Part shown: piece by piece, positions 10,537 to 20,820 of the stretch | How positions within the stretch are numbered: position 1 is the first letter of the stretch | Layout of the letters: every line of letters begins with the position of its first letter | Origin: Devosia sp. | GTDB lineage: Bacteria > Pseudomonadota > Alphaproteobacteria > Rhizobiales > Devosiaceae | Assembly (NCBI GenBank): GCA_030680995.1 | Contig: JAUXUM010000082.1 | Coordinates: 1,392 to 65,391 of the forward strand | DNA: 64,000 bases | Direction of reading: 5' to 3' | Translations under genes and position numbers: made by a program | The notes under the pieces: model-generated | Database searches by the model: none | What the model was told of the DNA's origin: nothing | The model's input: the letters and a program-made list of their open reading frames with translations, nothing else

Positions 10537-11700
10537 TCAGGCCGCTCCCCGCGCCGCGCGCGGCCGGATGGTATCGTAGCGCGCATTGAGCCAGTTGACG
10601 AAAGGCGGCAGCGGCGCGCCCTCGAACACCACGGCGGCCAGCTTCAGCGTGGCATCGCGGAAGAACGGCACGAAGCCGGGATGCGTCGGCCGCAGATAGG
10701 CCTCACCCATTATCGGCAGCGTGTTGCGGAAGAAGCCGTTCGTCGCGGCGTTGCAGGTATCGGAGAGCCATGCGGTCCGGCTTCCGGGCTGTCCGCCAAA
10801 GGCGACATAGGCGCCGGACTGATAGGCCGGCGAGCACAGGTACATTGCATAGTCGAACGCCGCCTTCGGGCTCGCCGACCTGGCGCTGACCCCGATCCCA
10901 GCGCCACCCAGCAGCGTGCGTGCCGGCTTGCCGGCGGCGACGGCGGGAGCGGCGCCGAACGTGATCGGCCGCGCCGCCTGGCCGCTGGAGTAGTTCACGT
11001 AGTTGAAGAGATAGGGCACGTAGGCGACGTCGTCGCTTGCCGACATGTGGTCGAGGCAGCGGATCGGGTTCCACTGCTTCGAGCCGGGATGGGCCACCCT
11101 CGCAAGGGCCTTGAGATGATCGACGACGATCCTGGCATCGGCCGCCTCGAGGAAATCGCCGTCGCTGTGCCCGGGCGTGAGGCCGAGGCTCGCGGCGACG
11201 GACACAAGGGTGCACATCAGATCCGTCGGAACCGATGGCCAGCCGATGCCGAGGCCGTGCGGCGCGCCCCGATCCGCGAGCGCCAGGACGTCATCGAGCG
11301 TGCGGGGCACGCCGAGGTCGTGCCGTTCGAGCAGGTCGCCGCGCCACGCCGCGGTCTGCGCCGCCGTATCGACCGGCAGGGCCCAGATGCCGCCGTCATA
11401 GGCGTAGGACTGCCAGGAGGCGCCCACCTCGTCGCGATCGAACAGCGCCTTGTCCTCGCTCGTCAGTAACTTGTCGAGGTCTACGAACCATCCGTTCGCG
11501 CAAGCATCGCCCACGAAAGGATGATCGAAAATGACAACATCGTACTTGTCCGCGTAGGTGCCCAAATCGCCCTCGCCGAAGCTGTAGAGGCTTCTCCGGT
11601 CCCAGCGCACCTGCTCGCCGCTCAGCAGGCGATAGGGTTCCACGCTCGCCTCGAGCGGCCCCCAGCAGCGTCGGTGATCCCACGCGATACCCGTAATCAA
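10537..11700 (-). CDS. solute-binding-protein-like protein with no recognisable signal peptide
   Basis: The C-terminal 388 codons of the 632 aa track ORF. A TTG at 11700 is preceded by GGAGG with a 6-nt spacer. The upstream part of the track ORF overlaps the SDR on the other strand. Confidence 0.45.
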   Translation of the reverse strand: MITGIAWDHRRCWGPLEASVEPYRLLSGEQVRWDRRSLYSFGEGDLGTYADKYDVVIFDHPFVGDACANGWFVDLDKLLTSEDKALFDRDEVGASWQSYAYDGGIWALPVDTAAQTAAWRGDLLERHDLGVPRTLDDVLALADRGAPHGLGIGWPSVPTDLMCTLVSVAASLGLTPGHSDGDFLEAADARIVVDHLKALARVAHPGSKQWNPIRCLDHMSASDDVAYVPYLFNYVNYSSGQAARPITFGAAPAVAAGKPARTLLGGAGIGVSARSASPKAAFDYAMYLCSPAYQSGAYVAFGGQPGSRTAWLSDTCNAATNGFFRNTLPIMGEAYLRPTHPGFVPFFRDATLKLAAVVFEGAPLPPFVNWLNARYDTIRPRAARGAA

Positions 11701-11811
11701 GACGTTCCTCCCCTGGCTCGATCGCGGTCCCGATAATGCAATGGAGTTTTTGCTTGTGCAAACCATTTTTATGAGAGAAAAATTGAACACGAATGGGGGG
11801 AGGTTCTGACG

Positions 11812-12582
11812 ATGAAGCGTGTGCTGGTGACCGGAGCTGCGAAGGGGATCGGCAGGGCTGTGGCCGAGCAGTTCGCGCGCGAGGGCGCCGCATTGGTTCT
11901 TCTCGACGTCGACGCCCCGGGTCTCGGCGCTGCCGCGTCCGCCATCGGTGACCTGGGCGCGAAGGTTGAAACCGTTGCGGGTTCGGTCGCGAGCATTGCC
12001 GATTGCGAGGCCGCGGCGGCGCGGGCACGACGTGCCTTCGGCGGGCTCGACGTCCTGTCCCATAATGCCGGCATCCAGCGCTACGGCACGGTGGAAACGA
12101 CGAGCTACGAGCTTTGGAACGAGGTGATCGCCGTCAACCTCACCGGTGCCTTTCAGATTTCCAAGGCGACCATGCCGATGTTGCGGGAAAGCCGGGGCAG
12201 CATCATCCACATGAGTTCGGTGCAAGGCCTCGCGAGCCAGACGGGCGTGGTCGCCTATTCCGTCGCCAAGCACGGCTTGATCGGTCTCGTGCATGCCATG
12301 GCGGTCGATGCCGCTCCCTTCGGCGTGCGCGTCAATGGAGTGGCGCCGGGCTCGGTGGATACGCCAATGCTGCGGGACGCGGTCGCCTCCGCGGAGGACC
12401 CGGACGCATTGTGGCAGGTCATCAACGAGATGCACCCGCTCGGCCGGAGCGCGCGACCCGAAGAGGTGGCCGACCTCGTTAGTTACCTTGCGTCCGACCG
12501 CGCCTCTTTCATCACCGGCGAGATCGTGCGCATCGACGGCGGCATGCTGGCTCGCATCGGCGGTTCGCCCAAGAAGGAATAG
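11812..12582 (+). CDS. SDR-family oxidoreductase
   Basis: VLVTGAAKGIG Rossmann motif, NAG, YSVAKHG (YxxxK), and a strong SD upstream. Confidence 0.85.
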   Translation: MKRVLVTGAAKGIGRAVAEQFAREGAALVLLDVDAPGLGAAASAIGDLGAKVETVAGSVASIADCEAAAARARRAFGGLDVLSHNAGIQRYGTVETTSYELWNEVIAVNLTGAFQISKATMPMLRESRGSIIHMSSVQGLASQTGVVAYSVAKHGLIGLVHAMAVDAAPFGVRVNGVAPGSVDTPMLRDAVASAEDPDALWQVINEMHPLGRSARPEEVADLVSYLASDRASFITGEIVRIDGGMLARIGGSPKKE

Positions 12583-12961
12583 CCCTCAGCGGCAAGCCCC
12601 ATGAGGGTTGCGCGGACAGGGGATTCGCCCAGATCCGGTGGAGAGCGACTTGAACTTGCGCCGATGAGCCTCAGCTGAACAGCCCATTGCGGATCGAAGA
12701 GCCAGCCTGGCCGGCGGATGCCGAGCGGCGAAAGGCCATGGTTGATTGGCCCATGCTCCGTGCACGGCCGAGGCCCGGTTCGCCCTCATCTTCGGTGAGC
12801 GTTTCACCCGGGCAGCGGCTGCGTGATGTTCAACCGGCCGCCCGCATACGAAATTCCTGCCATGTCCCCGCTATCGCGCCTATCCCCGACCTTGCCGCTT
12901 TCCTCAAACCGTCATCATCCAGTTTCCGCCATGGCTCCCGAGCAGCCGGGCGATCACCCTG

Positions 12962-13837
12962 TCATGAGACCTCGACGCGCTCGAACATGGACCGAACGAT
13001 CGCGAGCCGCTCGATAGCCCTCGCGGCAAACATCTGCGCGCGATCGCGGTCAGCGGCGGAGGCCAAGGTCTCTCCCGCCTCGATATAGCATTCTACGAGA
13101 AATTCGCAGAGCGTATCGACCGTGTCGATCGAGCCTGCGGCAGGGTTTGCAATCGACCCGGCGCCTCCAAGCGGGGCCGTCGTCAACTCGCCCGCCAGCG
13201 CCCGCGCCTCGTCGGCAAAGCCCTTGAGGACTTCGGCGTTCCCGGCTGCGGCGGACTTGACGCGTTCATCGAGTCGGGTGGCGAGCAATCCTTCCATCTC
13301 CGCGAGATTCCGCGTCGTCCCGCCCGCCGCGCGAGCGGCGCGGTCGACCGAAAACGCGCGCCTGCGCTGCTGCCTGAGAGTCGCGGCATGTGCCAGCTCG
13401 TCGCGCGCCATCTGCTCGGCCGCCATCCGGATGTCTTCCGAGGGAGCCTGGGCGGCCACGTAGGTCCAGAATGCAAAGGCGCGTTCCTCGTTGCGCACCG
13501 CCATGGCAAAGGACTTGTATGCGCTCAGAAGCTGGGGCGAAACGGCGGCGGCTCCCTCATCGTCGAAGGTGCCTTCCGGGATCCAGCGAACTTCCCGAAG
13601 GTCGGGCTTGCCGCCGCTAACGTCCTCGGACCAACGAACCACGTTGTCGATATGTCTGTTTTCTTCGCTTGCGAGCAGATCGAACACCGCGGCAAGCGCA
13701 ACCTGACCCTCGTTGCGCGTTCGCGTGGCCAGTTCCGTGTATCTGCCGACGGCCTCCTGTTCCATCGCATAGGCGATGGCGAGCAGCTCTTCCATGGACT
13801 CCACAGCCGCGAATGGCTCAGCTTTCAGAAACGACAT
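12962..13837 (-). CDS. ferritin-like/rubrerythrin-like di-iron protein
   Basis: Two E...ExxH pairs (EQEAVGRY...EENRH and NEERAFAFW...DELAH). AGGAGG SD before the ATG at 13837. Confidence 0.55.
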   Translation of the reverse strand: MSFLKAEPFAAVESMEELLAIAYAMEQEAVGRYTELATRTRNEGQVALAAVFDLLASEENRHIDNVVRWSEDVSGGKPDLREVRWIPEGTFDDEGAAAVSPQLLSAYKSFAMAVRNEERAFAFWTYVAAQAPSEDIRMAAEQMARDELAHAATLRQQRRRAFSVDRAARAAGGTTRNLAEMEGLLATRLDERVKSAAAGNAEVLKGFADEARALAGELTTAPLGGAGSIANPAAGSIDTVDTLCEFLVECYIEAGETLASAADRDRAQMFAARAIERLAIVRSMFERVEVS

Positions 13838-13890
13838 GGCCCCCCCTCCTGAAATTGCATTGTATTGCCAACATAACATTCGGCTTCGGT

Positions 13891-13904
13891 TTGCGCTGTG
13901 TCAA
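13891..13904. promoter_or_regulatory. candidate Crp/FNR-family (FixK/NnrR-type) box TTGCGCTGTGTCAA
   Basis: Matches the TTG-N8-CAA architecture. Centred about 60 nt upstream of the ferritin-like ATG, in the intergenic region shared with nosR. Confidence 0.4.
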
Positions 13905-14244
13905 AGACGCATGACCGCAATCGCCTTATGCTGGTTAATATGCAATCTCCAAGAGGCTGGCTCGCGGGGAGATTTGCGGAGGTACTGCGGCGTGATTCAA
14001 GATGGCGAGTGATGGAGGTTCGCCATGCGGGTTGCGGCTCGGGTTGATATTGGCGCGCCGCAACTGCGGGTTTTTGCAAGCGAGACCCATGTCCGTCGGA
14101 GTGCGAGAATGGACGCACCGGTTCCAGTCAGCGGGACCTGGTATGAGGTTGCCGAAGCAGCGTTGCCGATCGGGGCTGGCGCGAGGACAATTTGCTACTG
14201 AGTGCATTTTGAAGAATCCGCTAAGCTGAACCGGACGATCCATC

Positions 14245-16560
14245 TTGAACAACGCGCGCTCCACTCCCTCAACATCGCTGGCCGCCGGCGCCCTGCGGAC
14301 TTTCTTGGCGTTTGCCGCAGTCCTCCTCTTCCTTCTCGCATTGCCGTTTCAGGCGTCGGCGGCCGACCGGCTCGAGGAATTCCTCCCAAAGGCGCAGCCC
14401 GGTGAGATCTTCGAAGGCGCTGACCGGTTCGGTGAAATACAGGGCGCGCCGCCGATCGTTCCGGTCTATCGCGGCCATGAAATCGCCGGGTACGTCTATC
14501 TCAATTCGGATTTCACGAATTCGATCGGATATTCCGGCAAGCCGATCCACATCCTGGTAGGCATCGACCCCGAAGGCATAATCCGCGGTTTCAAACTCGT
14601 CGATCACAAGGAGCCGATCGTCCTGATCGGCATTCCCGAGGAAAAGGTCGTAGCCTCGCTGAATTCGTTGGTCGGCAAGGACATGGGCCGCGTGTCGGCT
14701 GGCTCGGAACGCCCCCCGCAGGTCGATATCGTCAGCGGAGCCACAGTTACCGTGCTGGTCATGGGCGACAGCATCGTGCGCTCGGCGGTTCAACTGATCC
14801 GCAGCAATCGGCTGGGCGGAGATGTCGTGGCCGGCGCGGCGCCACCAGTCACGGAAGAAAAGCAACTCGATCTGGCGCGGACCGAAATCCGCGATTGGGA
14901 AACTCTTGTCGGCGATGGCTCGGTGCGAAGCCTGCGCCTCGTCGTCGGCGAAGTCACCGGTGCCTTCGAGCAAGCCGGCCAGATACAGGCAGCGGGACGT
15001 CCCGAGACGGAAAATCCCGAAGACCGTTTCATCGACCTCTATGTGGCGCCAGTCAGCGTACCCTCCATTGGGCTCAGCCTTCTTGGCCAGCGCGGCTACG
15101 AGCGGCTGCGGCAGAAGCTGGCGCCCGGTCAGCACGCCATTGTCGTTGCCGGCGACGGGGCCTATTCCTTCAAGGGATCGGGCTATGTACGGGGCGGTAT
15201 CTTCGATCGCATCGAGTTGCTGCAGGACGGTCAGGGGGTGCGGTTCCGCGACCGCAATCATGCGCGGCTCGGCGACCTCGCCGCTGTGGGCGCGCCGAAG
15301 CTGCGTGAGATCGCGCTGTTCGTCGTTCCCGAGGAATTCGCCTTGAACGTCACCGAGCCCTGGGAACTGCAATTGCTGGTCCAGCGCAGCTTCGGGGCAC
15401 ACCAAAAGGCCACGCTGCCCTTCAATCTCGGTTACACGCTTCCGGATCGGTATGTGGCGGTGGAGCAGGCGCCGGAACCCGCGCCGCGGCCCGAAGCGTC
15501 GCCGACCGGGCCGTCTGCCGTTCAATCCGGCGCCGGGAACGGCGCCGAGCCGTTTCTGGACGAAGAACCGCTCTGGACAAAGATGTGGAAGATGAACGCG
15601 GTGTCGATCGGCATAACCGTGTTCGCGCTCCTTGTTCTGACGGCGATCTTCTTCTTCCAGAACTGGCTGGTGCGGCGCCCCAAGCTGTTCCGTTGGGTTC
15701 GCCGGGGCTACCTGCTGTTCACCTTGGTCTGGCTCGGCTGGCTTGCCAATGCGCAGCTTTCGGTGGTGAACGTGCTCACCTTCGCCAATGCGCTGATCAC
15801 CGACTTCAGCTGGGAGTTCTTCCTCTCCGCACCGCTGGTTTTCGTCCTCTGGGCGGCGGTGGCGGTCGGGCTGCTGTTCTGGGGCCGAGGCCCATTCTGC
15901 GGGTGGCTCTGCCCGTTTGGCGCGCTTCAGGAACTGACCAACAACATCGCCCAGCGGCTGAAGGTGCCGCAGATCGAGGTGCCCTTCTGGCTCCACGAGC
16001 GGCTGTGGCCAATCAAGTACATCATCTTCCTCGGCCTTTTCGGCCTGTCGTTCTATTCGGTGGCGCTGGCGGAAATGTTCGCGGAGGTCGAGCCGTTCAA
16101 AACCTCCATCGTCCTGAAGTTCGCAAGGGAATGGCCCTTTGTGATCTTTGCGCTGACCGTACTGTCGGCCGGACTGTTCATCGAGCGCTTCTATTGCCGC
16201 TATCTCTGTCCCCTCGGCGCGGCCTTGGCCATTCCCGGTCGCATCCGGATGTTCGAATGGCTGAAGCGTTGGCCCGAATGCGGTTCTCCCTGCCAGCGCT
16301 GCGCCAAGGAATGCCCGGTTCAAGCTATCCATCCCGAGGGCCAGATCAACGTCAACGAGTGCATCTACTGCATGAATTGTCAGGAACTCTATCACGACGA
16401 CCAGCGTTGCCCGCGCATGATTCAGGTACGACTCAAACGCGAAAAGTTCGCGGCGCTTTCGTCTCCCTCATTGCGCGACGGCAATAACCGCGGTCCAGCC
16501 AGGCTGGTGATCACTCGCAACGGCGCTCCAACCCGCACCAGCGGGGAAGAGCGCGCCTAG
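14245..16560 (+). CDS. nosR: NosR, membrane-bound regulator/electron donor for N2O reductase
   Basis: 771 aa with a signal/TM segment, a periplasmic FMN-binding-like domain, multiple TM helices, and C-terminal Cys clusters (CPFGALQE, CRYLCPLG, CPVQAIHP..CIYCMNC). Directly precedes nosZ. Confidence 0.9.
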   Translation: MNNARSTPSTSLAAGALRTFLAFAAVLLFLLALPFQASAADRLEEFLPKAQPGEIFEGADRFGEIQGAPPIVPVYRGHEIAGYVYLNSDFTNSIGYSGKPIHILVGIDPEGIIRGFKLVDHKEPIVLIGIPEEKVVASLNSLVGKDMGRVSAGSERPPQVDIVSGATVTVLVMGDSIVRSAVQLIRSNRLGGDVVAGAAPPVTEEKQLDLARTEIRDWETLVGDGSVRSLRLVVGEVTGAFEQAGQIQAAGRPETENPEDRFIDLYVAPVSVPSIGLSLLGQRGYERLRQKLAPGQHAIVVAGDGAYSFKGSGYVRGGIFDRIELLQDGQGVRFRDRNHARLGDLAAVGAPKLREIALFVVPEEFALNVTEPWELQLLVQRSFGAHQKATLPFNLGYTLPDRYVAVEQAPEPAPRPEASPTGPSAVQSGAGNGAEPFLDEEPLWTKMWKMNAVSIGITVFALLVLTAIFFFQNWLVRRPKLFRWVRRGYLLFTLVWLGWLANAQLSVVNVLTFANALITDFSWEFFLSAPLVFVLWAAVAVGLLFWGRGPFCGWLCPFGALQELTNNIAQRLKVPQIEVPFWLHERLWPIKYIIFLGLFGLSFYSVALAEMFAEVEPFKTSIVLKFAREWPFVIFALTVLSAGLFIERFYCRYLCPLGAALAIPGRIRMFEWLKRWPECGSPCQRCAKECPVQAIHPEGQINVNECIYCMNCQELYHDDQRCPRMIQVRLKREKFAALSSPSLRDGNNRGPARLVITRNGAPTRTSGEERA

Positions 16561-16590
16561 GAAACTACCATGAACGAAAAGGAGGTTCAT

Positions 16591-18516
16591 ATGTCGGACG
16601 AGCAGATCAACAAACCAATGAACAGGCGTCAACTACTCGGCACCACGGCGTTCGCCGCGGCGGCGGGCGCAGGCGGAGTGGCCGGGGTACTGGCGCTCTC
16701 GGGGGGAATCGTCTCGCCGGTAGCGGCACAGAGCGCGCCGGCCGCAGGGAACAATTATGAAGTAAAGCCCGGCGAACTCGACGAGTATTATGTCTTTTTC
16801 TCCGGCGGTCACTCCGGGGAAATCCGTATCGTCGGCGTTCCGTCGATGCGCGAAATCATGCGCATTCCGGTTTTCAATCGCGACAGCGCCACTGGCTGGG
16901 GACAGACCAACGAAAGCCGGAAGGTGCTGACCGAGGGCCTCTTGCCCGAGACCAGGGAGTTCCTGGAGGACAGGGGCGGCATCTATCTCAATGGAGACCT
17001 GCACCATCCGCATCCGTCCTTCACCGACGGCACCTATGACGGCCGCTATCTCTACGCCAACGACAAGGCGAACACGCGCGTCTGCCGCATCCGTCTCGAT
17101 GTGATGAAATGCGACAAGATCATAGAGTTGCCGAACCAGCATACGGTGCACGGTCTGCGCGTCCAGAAATATCCGAAGACCGGCTATGTGTTCTGCAACG
17201 GCGAGGACCGCGTGCCGATCCCGAACGACGGCAAAGTGCTGGACGACAAGACCCAGTATCACGCGATTTTCACCGCCGTCGACGGCGAGACCATGAAGAT
17301 CGCCTGGCAGGTTATGGTCGACGGCAACCTCGACAATGTCGATGCCGACTATCAGGGCAAATACTGCTTCGCCACCTGCTACAACTCGGAAGAGGGCGTG
17401 AACCTCGCCGAGATGATGGAGAAGGAACAGGATTGGGTCGTCATCTTCAACCTCAGGCGCATCGAGGAAGCCGTCGCCAAGGGCGACTATCAGACGATCA
17501 ACGGCGTACCGGTGATCGATGGTCGCCACGGCTCGCCCTATACGCGCTACGTTCCGGTTCCGAACAGTCCGCACGGCATGAATACCGCGCCGGACGGAAT
17601 CCACGTCGTGGCCAACGGCAAGCTGTCGCCCACCGTGACGGTGTTCGACGTGCGCAAGTTCGACGACCTGTTCGACGACAAGATCGAGCCGCGCGACACG
17701 GTCGTCGCCGAGCCCGAACTGGGCCTCGGACCGTTGCACACGGCCTATGACGGCAGAGGCAACGCCTACACGACCCTGTTCATCGACAGCCAGGTCTGCA
17801 AGTGGAATATCGAGGACGCCAGACGGGCATATCAGGGCGAGGCCGTGGATCCGATCAAGCATAAGCTCGATGTCCACTACCAGCCTGGCCATAACCATAC
17901 CTCGATGGGACAGACGAAAGAAGCAGACGGCAAGTGGCTGATTTCGCTGAACAAGTTCTCCAAGGACCGCTACCTGAACGTGGGTCCGCTCAAGCCGGAG
18001 AGCGATCAACTCATCGACATCTCCGGTGACCAGATGGTGCTCGTGCACGACAATCCGACCTTCGCGGAACCGCACGACGCCACGATTGTGCACCGCTCCA
18101 AGATCGATCCAGTGCATTTGTGGAACCGCGACGACCCGTTTTTCGCCGACGCGGTGAAGCAGGCGGAAGCCGACGGTATCGATCTGACGTCGGCGGCGGA
18201 CGTCGTCCGCGACGGCAACAAGGTTCGCGTCTACATGACCTCAATGGCTCCCGCGTTCAGCCTTGAGAGCTTCACGGTCAAGCAGGGCGACGAGGTCACG
18301 GTCTATGTCACCAATATCGACGAAGTGGAGGATCTGACTCACGGCTTCAGCATCGTCAACTACGGCATCAATATGGAGGTCGCTCCGCAGGCGACCGCCT
18401 CGGTGACCTTCGCGGCGCGCAAGCCCGGCGTTTACTGGTACTACTGCTCCTGGTTCTGCCATGCCATGCACATGGAAATGAAGGGCCGGATGTTTGTCGA
18501 GCCGCAAGGCGCCTGA
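16591..18516 (+). CDS. nosZ: nitrous-oxide reductase NosZ (clade I, Tat-exported)
   Basis: Tat motif [19 protein letters not shown] and the CuA motif [12 protein letters not shown] at the C-terminus. AAGGAGG precedes the ATG at 16591. Confidence 0.95.
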   Translation: MSDEQINKPMNRRQLLGTTAFAAAAGAGGVAGVLALSGGIVSPVAAQSAPAAGNNYEVKPGELDEYYVFFSGGHSGEIRIVGVPSMREIMRIPVFNRDSATGWGQTNESRKVLTEGLLPETREFLEDRGGIYLNGDLHHPHPSFTDGTYDGRYLYANDKANTRVCRIRLDVMKCDKIIELPNQHTVHGLRVQKYPKTGYVFCNGEDRVPIPNDGKVLDDKTQYHAIFTAVDGETMKIAWQVMVDGNLDNVDADYQGKYCFATCYNSEEGVNLAEMMEKEQDWVVIFNLRRIEEAVAKGDYQTINGVPVIDGRHGSPYTRYVPVPNSPHGMNTAPDGIHVVANGKLSPTVTVFDVRKFDDLFDDKIEPRDTVVAEPELGLGPLHTAYDGRGNAYTTLFIDSQVCKWNIEDARRAYQGEAVDPIKHKLDVHYQPGHNHTSMGQTKEADGKWLISLNKFSKDRYLNVGPLKPESDQLIDISGDQMVLVHDNPTFAEPHDATIVHRSKIDPVHLWNRDDPFFADAVKQAEADGIDLTSAADVVRDGNKVRVYMTSMAPAFSLESFTVKQGDEVTVYVTNIDEVEDLTHGFSIVNYGINMEVAPQATASVTFAARKPGVYWYYCSWFCHAMHMEMKGRMFVEPQGA

Positions 18517-18520
18517 GGCA

Positions 18521-19900
18521 ATGGCTCGTTCGAGCATCGAAGCGATAATGGGGATGGCGGCGCTTCTAGCCGCCATCCTCACTTCGCCCGCGTGGGCGGA
18601 GCGCGTCGTGGTGACCGCTGGCGGCGCGCATTTTCAGGCCGTTCTCGACGCTGCGTCGCCAGGAGACGTGGTCACGCTCGAAGCCGGAGAACATAAAGGT
18701 CCCGTCACCATCGACAAGGCGCTGACGCTCGAGGGGGAGCCGGGCGCGGTGGTTTTGGGAAACGGCCGGGGTAGCGTCGTTACGATCGAGGCGCGGGACG
18801 TCGTGGTGCGCAATCTGGAAATACGCGGCTCCGGAACGAATCTCGAGGCCATGGACGCCGGCGTGTTCGTAACCAAGACGGCAACGGCGGCGCTCATCGA
18901 GGGGAATACGATCGTCGGCAATCTCTACGGCATCTACCTTCACGGGGCTCAGGACGCCATCGCCAAAGGCAACCGCATCGTCGGGATCCGCGAGGGCCGC
19001 ATGAACGAAACCGGGAACGGCGTCTCGGTCTGGAACGCGCCTGGGGCCAAGGTGATCGGCAACGAAATCAGTTTCGGGCGCGACGGCATCTTCGCCGTTA
19101 CCAGCAAGCGCAATGTCTTCAGCGGCAACCGCTTCCACGATGTCCGCTTCGCCATCCACTATATGTACACTAACGATAGCGAGATCAGCGACAATGTTTC
19201 GGTTGGCAATGCCGTCGGCTACGCAATCATGTATTCCAGCAGGCTGAGGATTACCGGCAATTTGTCGGACGGTGATCGCGACCACGGCCTTCTCCTCAAC
19301 TACGTCAACGGCTCCGAGATCGCCGGCAATGTCGTGCGCGGCCGCGCGCAATCGAATGAGCGATGGCAGACGGCGGGCCGGCAGGGCGGAGATCGCGGCG
19401 CGCAACCGGCCGCGGGGACCGAAGCGCGGCGGATCGCGGCCGGCATGCGCATCGGCCCGGAAAAATGCGTCTTCATCTACAATGCGAACAAGAACCGGTT
19501 CAGCGGCAACTGGTTCGAGGGCTGCGAGATCGGCATCCACTTCACCGCTGGTTCCGAAGGCAATACGATGACAGGGAATGCCTTCATCAGGAACCGCAAT
19601 CAGGTCAAATATGTCGGCACGCGCTATCTCGACTGGTCTTCCGGCGGGCGCGGCAACTACTGGAGCGACAATCCGGCCTTCGATCTCAACGGCGACGGCA
19701 TCGCCGACACCGCCTATCGGCCGAACGATCTGGTCGACAAGGTGCTGTGGACGGCGCCGCAGGCGAAGGTTCTCATTAACAGCCCGGCGGTCCAGGTGAT
19801 CCGCTGGGCGCAAGCCCAATTCCCGGCTTTGTTGCCTGGCGGGGTGGTGGACAGCCACCCGCTGATGGCGCCGCCGGAACAGGTGCAAACGGGGCAATAA
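18521..19900 (+). CDS. nosD: NosD, periplasmic beta-helix accessory protein
   Basis: Signal peptide followed by repeated N-x-I/V-x-G-N beta-helix repeats. Position is between nosZ and nosF. Confidence 0.9.
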   Translation: MARSSIEAIMGMAALLAAILTSPAWAERVVVTAGGAHFQAVLDAASPGDVVTLEAGEHKGPVTIDKALTLEGEPGAVVLGNGRGSVVTIEARDVVVRNLEIRGSGTNLEAMDAGVFVTKTATAALIEGNTIVGNLYGIYLHGAQDAIAKGNRIVGIREGRMNETGNGVSVWNAPGAKVIGNEISFGRDGIFAVTSKRNVFSGNRFHDVRFAIHYMYTNDSEISDNVSVGNAVGYAIMYSSRLRITGNLSDGDRDHGLLLNYVNGSEIAGNVVRGRAQSNERWQTAGRQGGDRGAQPAAGTEARRIAAGMRIGPEKCVFIYNANKNRFSGNWFEGCEIGIHFTAGSEGNTMTGNAFIRNRNQVKYVGTRYLDWSSGGRGNYWSDNPAFDLNGDGIADTAYRPNDLVDKVLWTAPQAKVLINSPAVQVIRWAQAQFPALLPGGVVDSHPLMAPPEQVQTGQ

Positions 19901-20820
19901 TGGCGGAAACTGTTTGCATCGATGGGGTGACCAAGTCCTACGGCGGAGTCGCCGCCGTCAGGGATGTGTCCTTTACGCTGAGAGAAGGCGAAACGATCGC
20001 GCTCGTCGGCCACAATGGCGCTGGCAAGACCACTCTCATCAAGCTCATGCTGGGGTTGATCCGTCCGGGCGCGGGAACGGTGAGCGTTCTGGGGGACAAC
20101 CCCGCTGCGGGCGAATTCGCGGCGCGGAAACGGCTGGGCTATCTGCCGGAGAATGTTTCCTTCAACATGGCGCTGACGGGGCGCGAAACGCTCGCCTTCT
20201 ACGCGAGGCTCAAGCGCGCGCGTTCCGGCGATGTCCCGGGCCTGCTCGATCGTGTGGGATTGACAGCGGCGGCGGACCGTCGTGTCGGCGCCTATTCCAA
20301 GGGCATGCGCCAGCGTCTCGGGCTGGCTCAGGCGCTGCTGGGCGATCCGAAGGTGTTGCTTCTCGACGAGCCGACGACCGGGCTCGACCCGGCTTTGCGG
20401 CGCAGTTTTTACGGCATCATCGACGAATTGCGGGCCAAGGGGGCCACGGTCCTGTTGTCGTCCCACGCCCTCACGGAACTTGAGGGCAAGGCAGACCGGG
20501 TCATCATTCTCAACCGCGGCGTCAAGATCGCGGACGGCACGATCGAAGAACTGCGCGGCATTGCCCGGCTGTCGACGCGTATCCGTATCAGGCTCGCGGA
20601 TTGCGAACCGGGCAGGGTGGAAGACTGGATGAAAAGAACGGGCGGGTGGCGACGCGTTAACGGCCATATGCTCGAAATCGACGCCGCGCCGGAAGAAAAG
20701 ATCATGCTCCTGCGCGGCGCGACCGCGATTGACGCGCCGGTGGCCGATCTCGACATTATCCCGCCGACGCTCGACGAGCTTTATGCCCACTTCCTGGGCG
20801 GGCAGGAGACGATCCAATGA
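19900..20820 (+). CDS. nosF: NosF, ABC ATPase
   Basis: GHNGAGKTT Walker A, YSKGMRQRL signature, LLLDEPT Walker B. TAATG overlap with nosD. Confidence 0.9.
   Translation: MAETVCIDGVTKSYGGVAAVRDVSFTLREGETIALVGHNGAGKTTLIKLMLGLIRPGAGTVSVLGDNPAAGEFAARKRLGYLPENVSFNMALTGRETLAFYARLKRARSGDVPGLLDRVGLTAAADRRVGAYSKGMRQRLGLAQALLGDPKVLLLDEPTTGLDPALRRSFYGIIDELRAKGATVLLSSHALTELEGKADRVIILNRGVKIADGTIEELRGIARLSTRIRIRLADCEPGRVEDWMKRTGGWRRVNGHMLEIDAAPEEKIMLLRGATAIDAPVADLDIIPPTLDELYAHFLGGQETIQ

Noticed and set aside
10537-12435. 632-aa ORF as one protein.
   Set aside because: The upstream 245 codons run antisense to the well-supported SDR gene 11812-12582 and through its promoter. The ORF was trimmed to the TTG at 11700.
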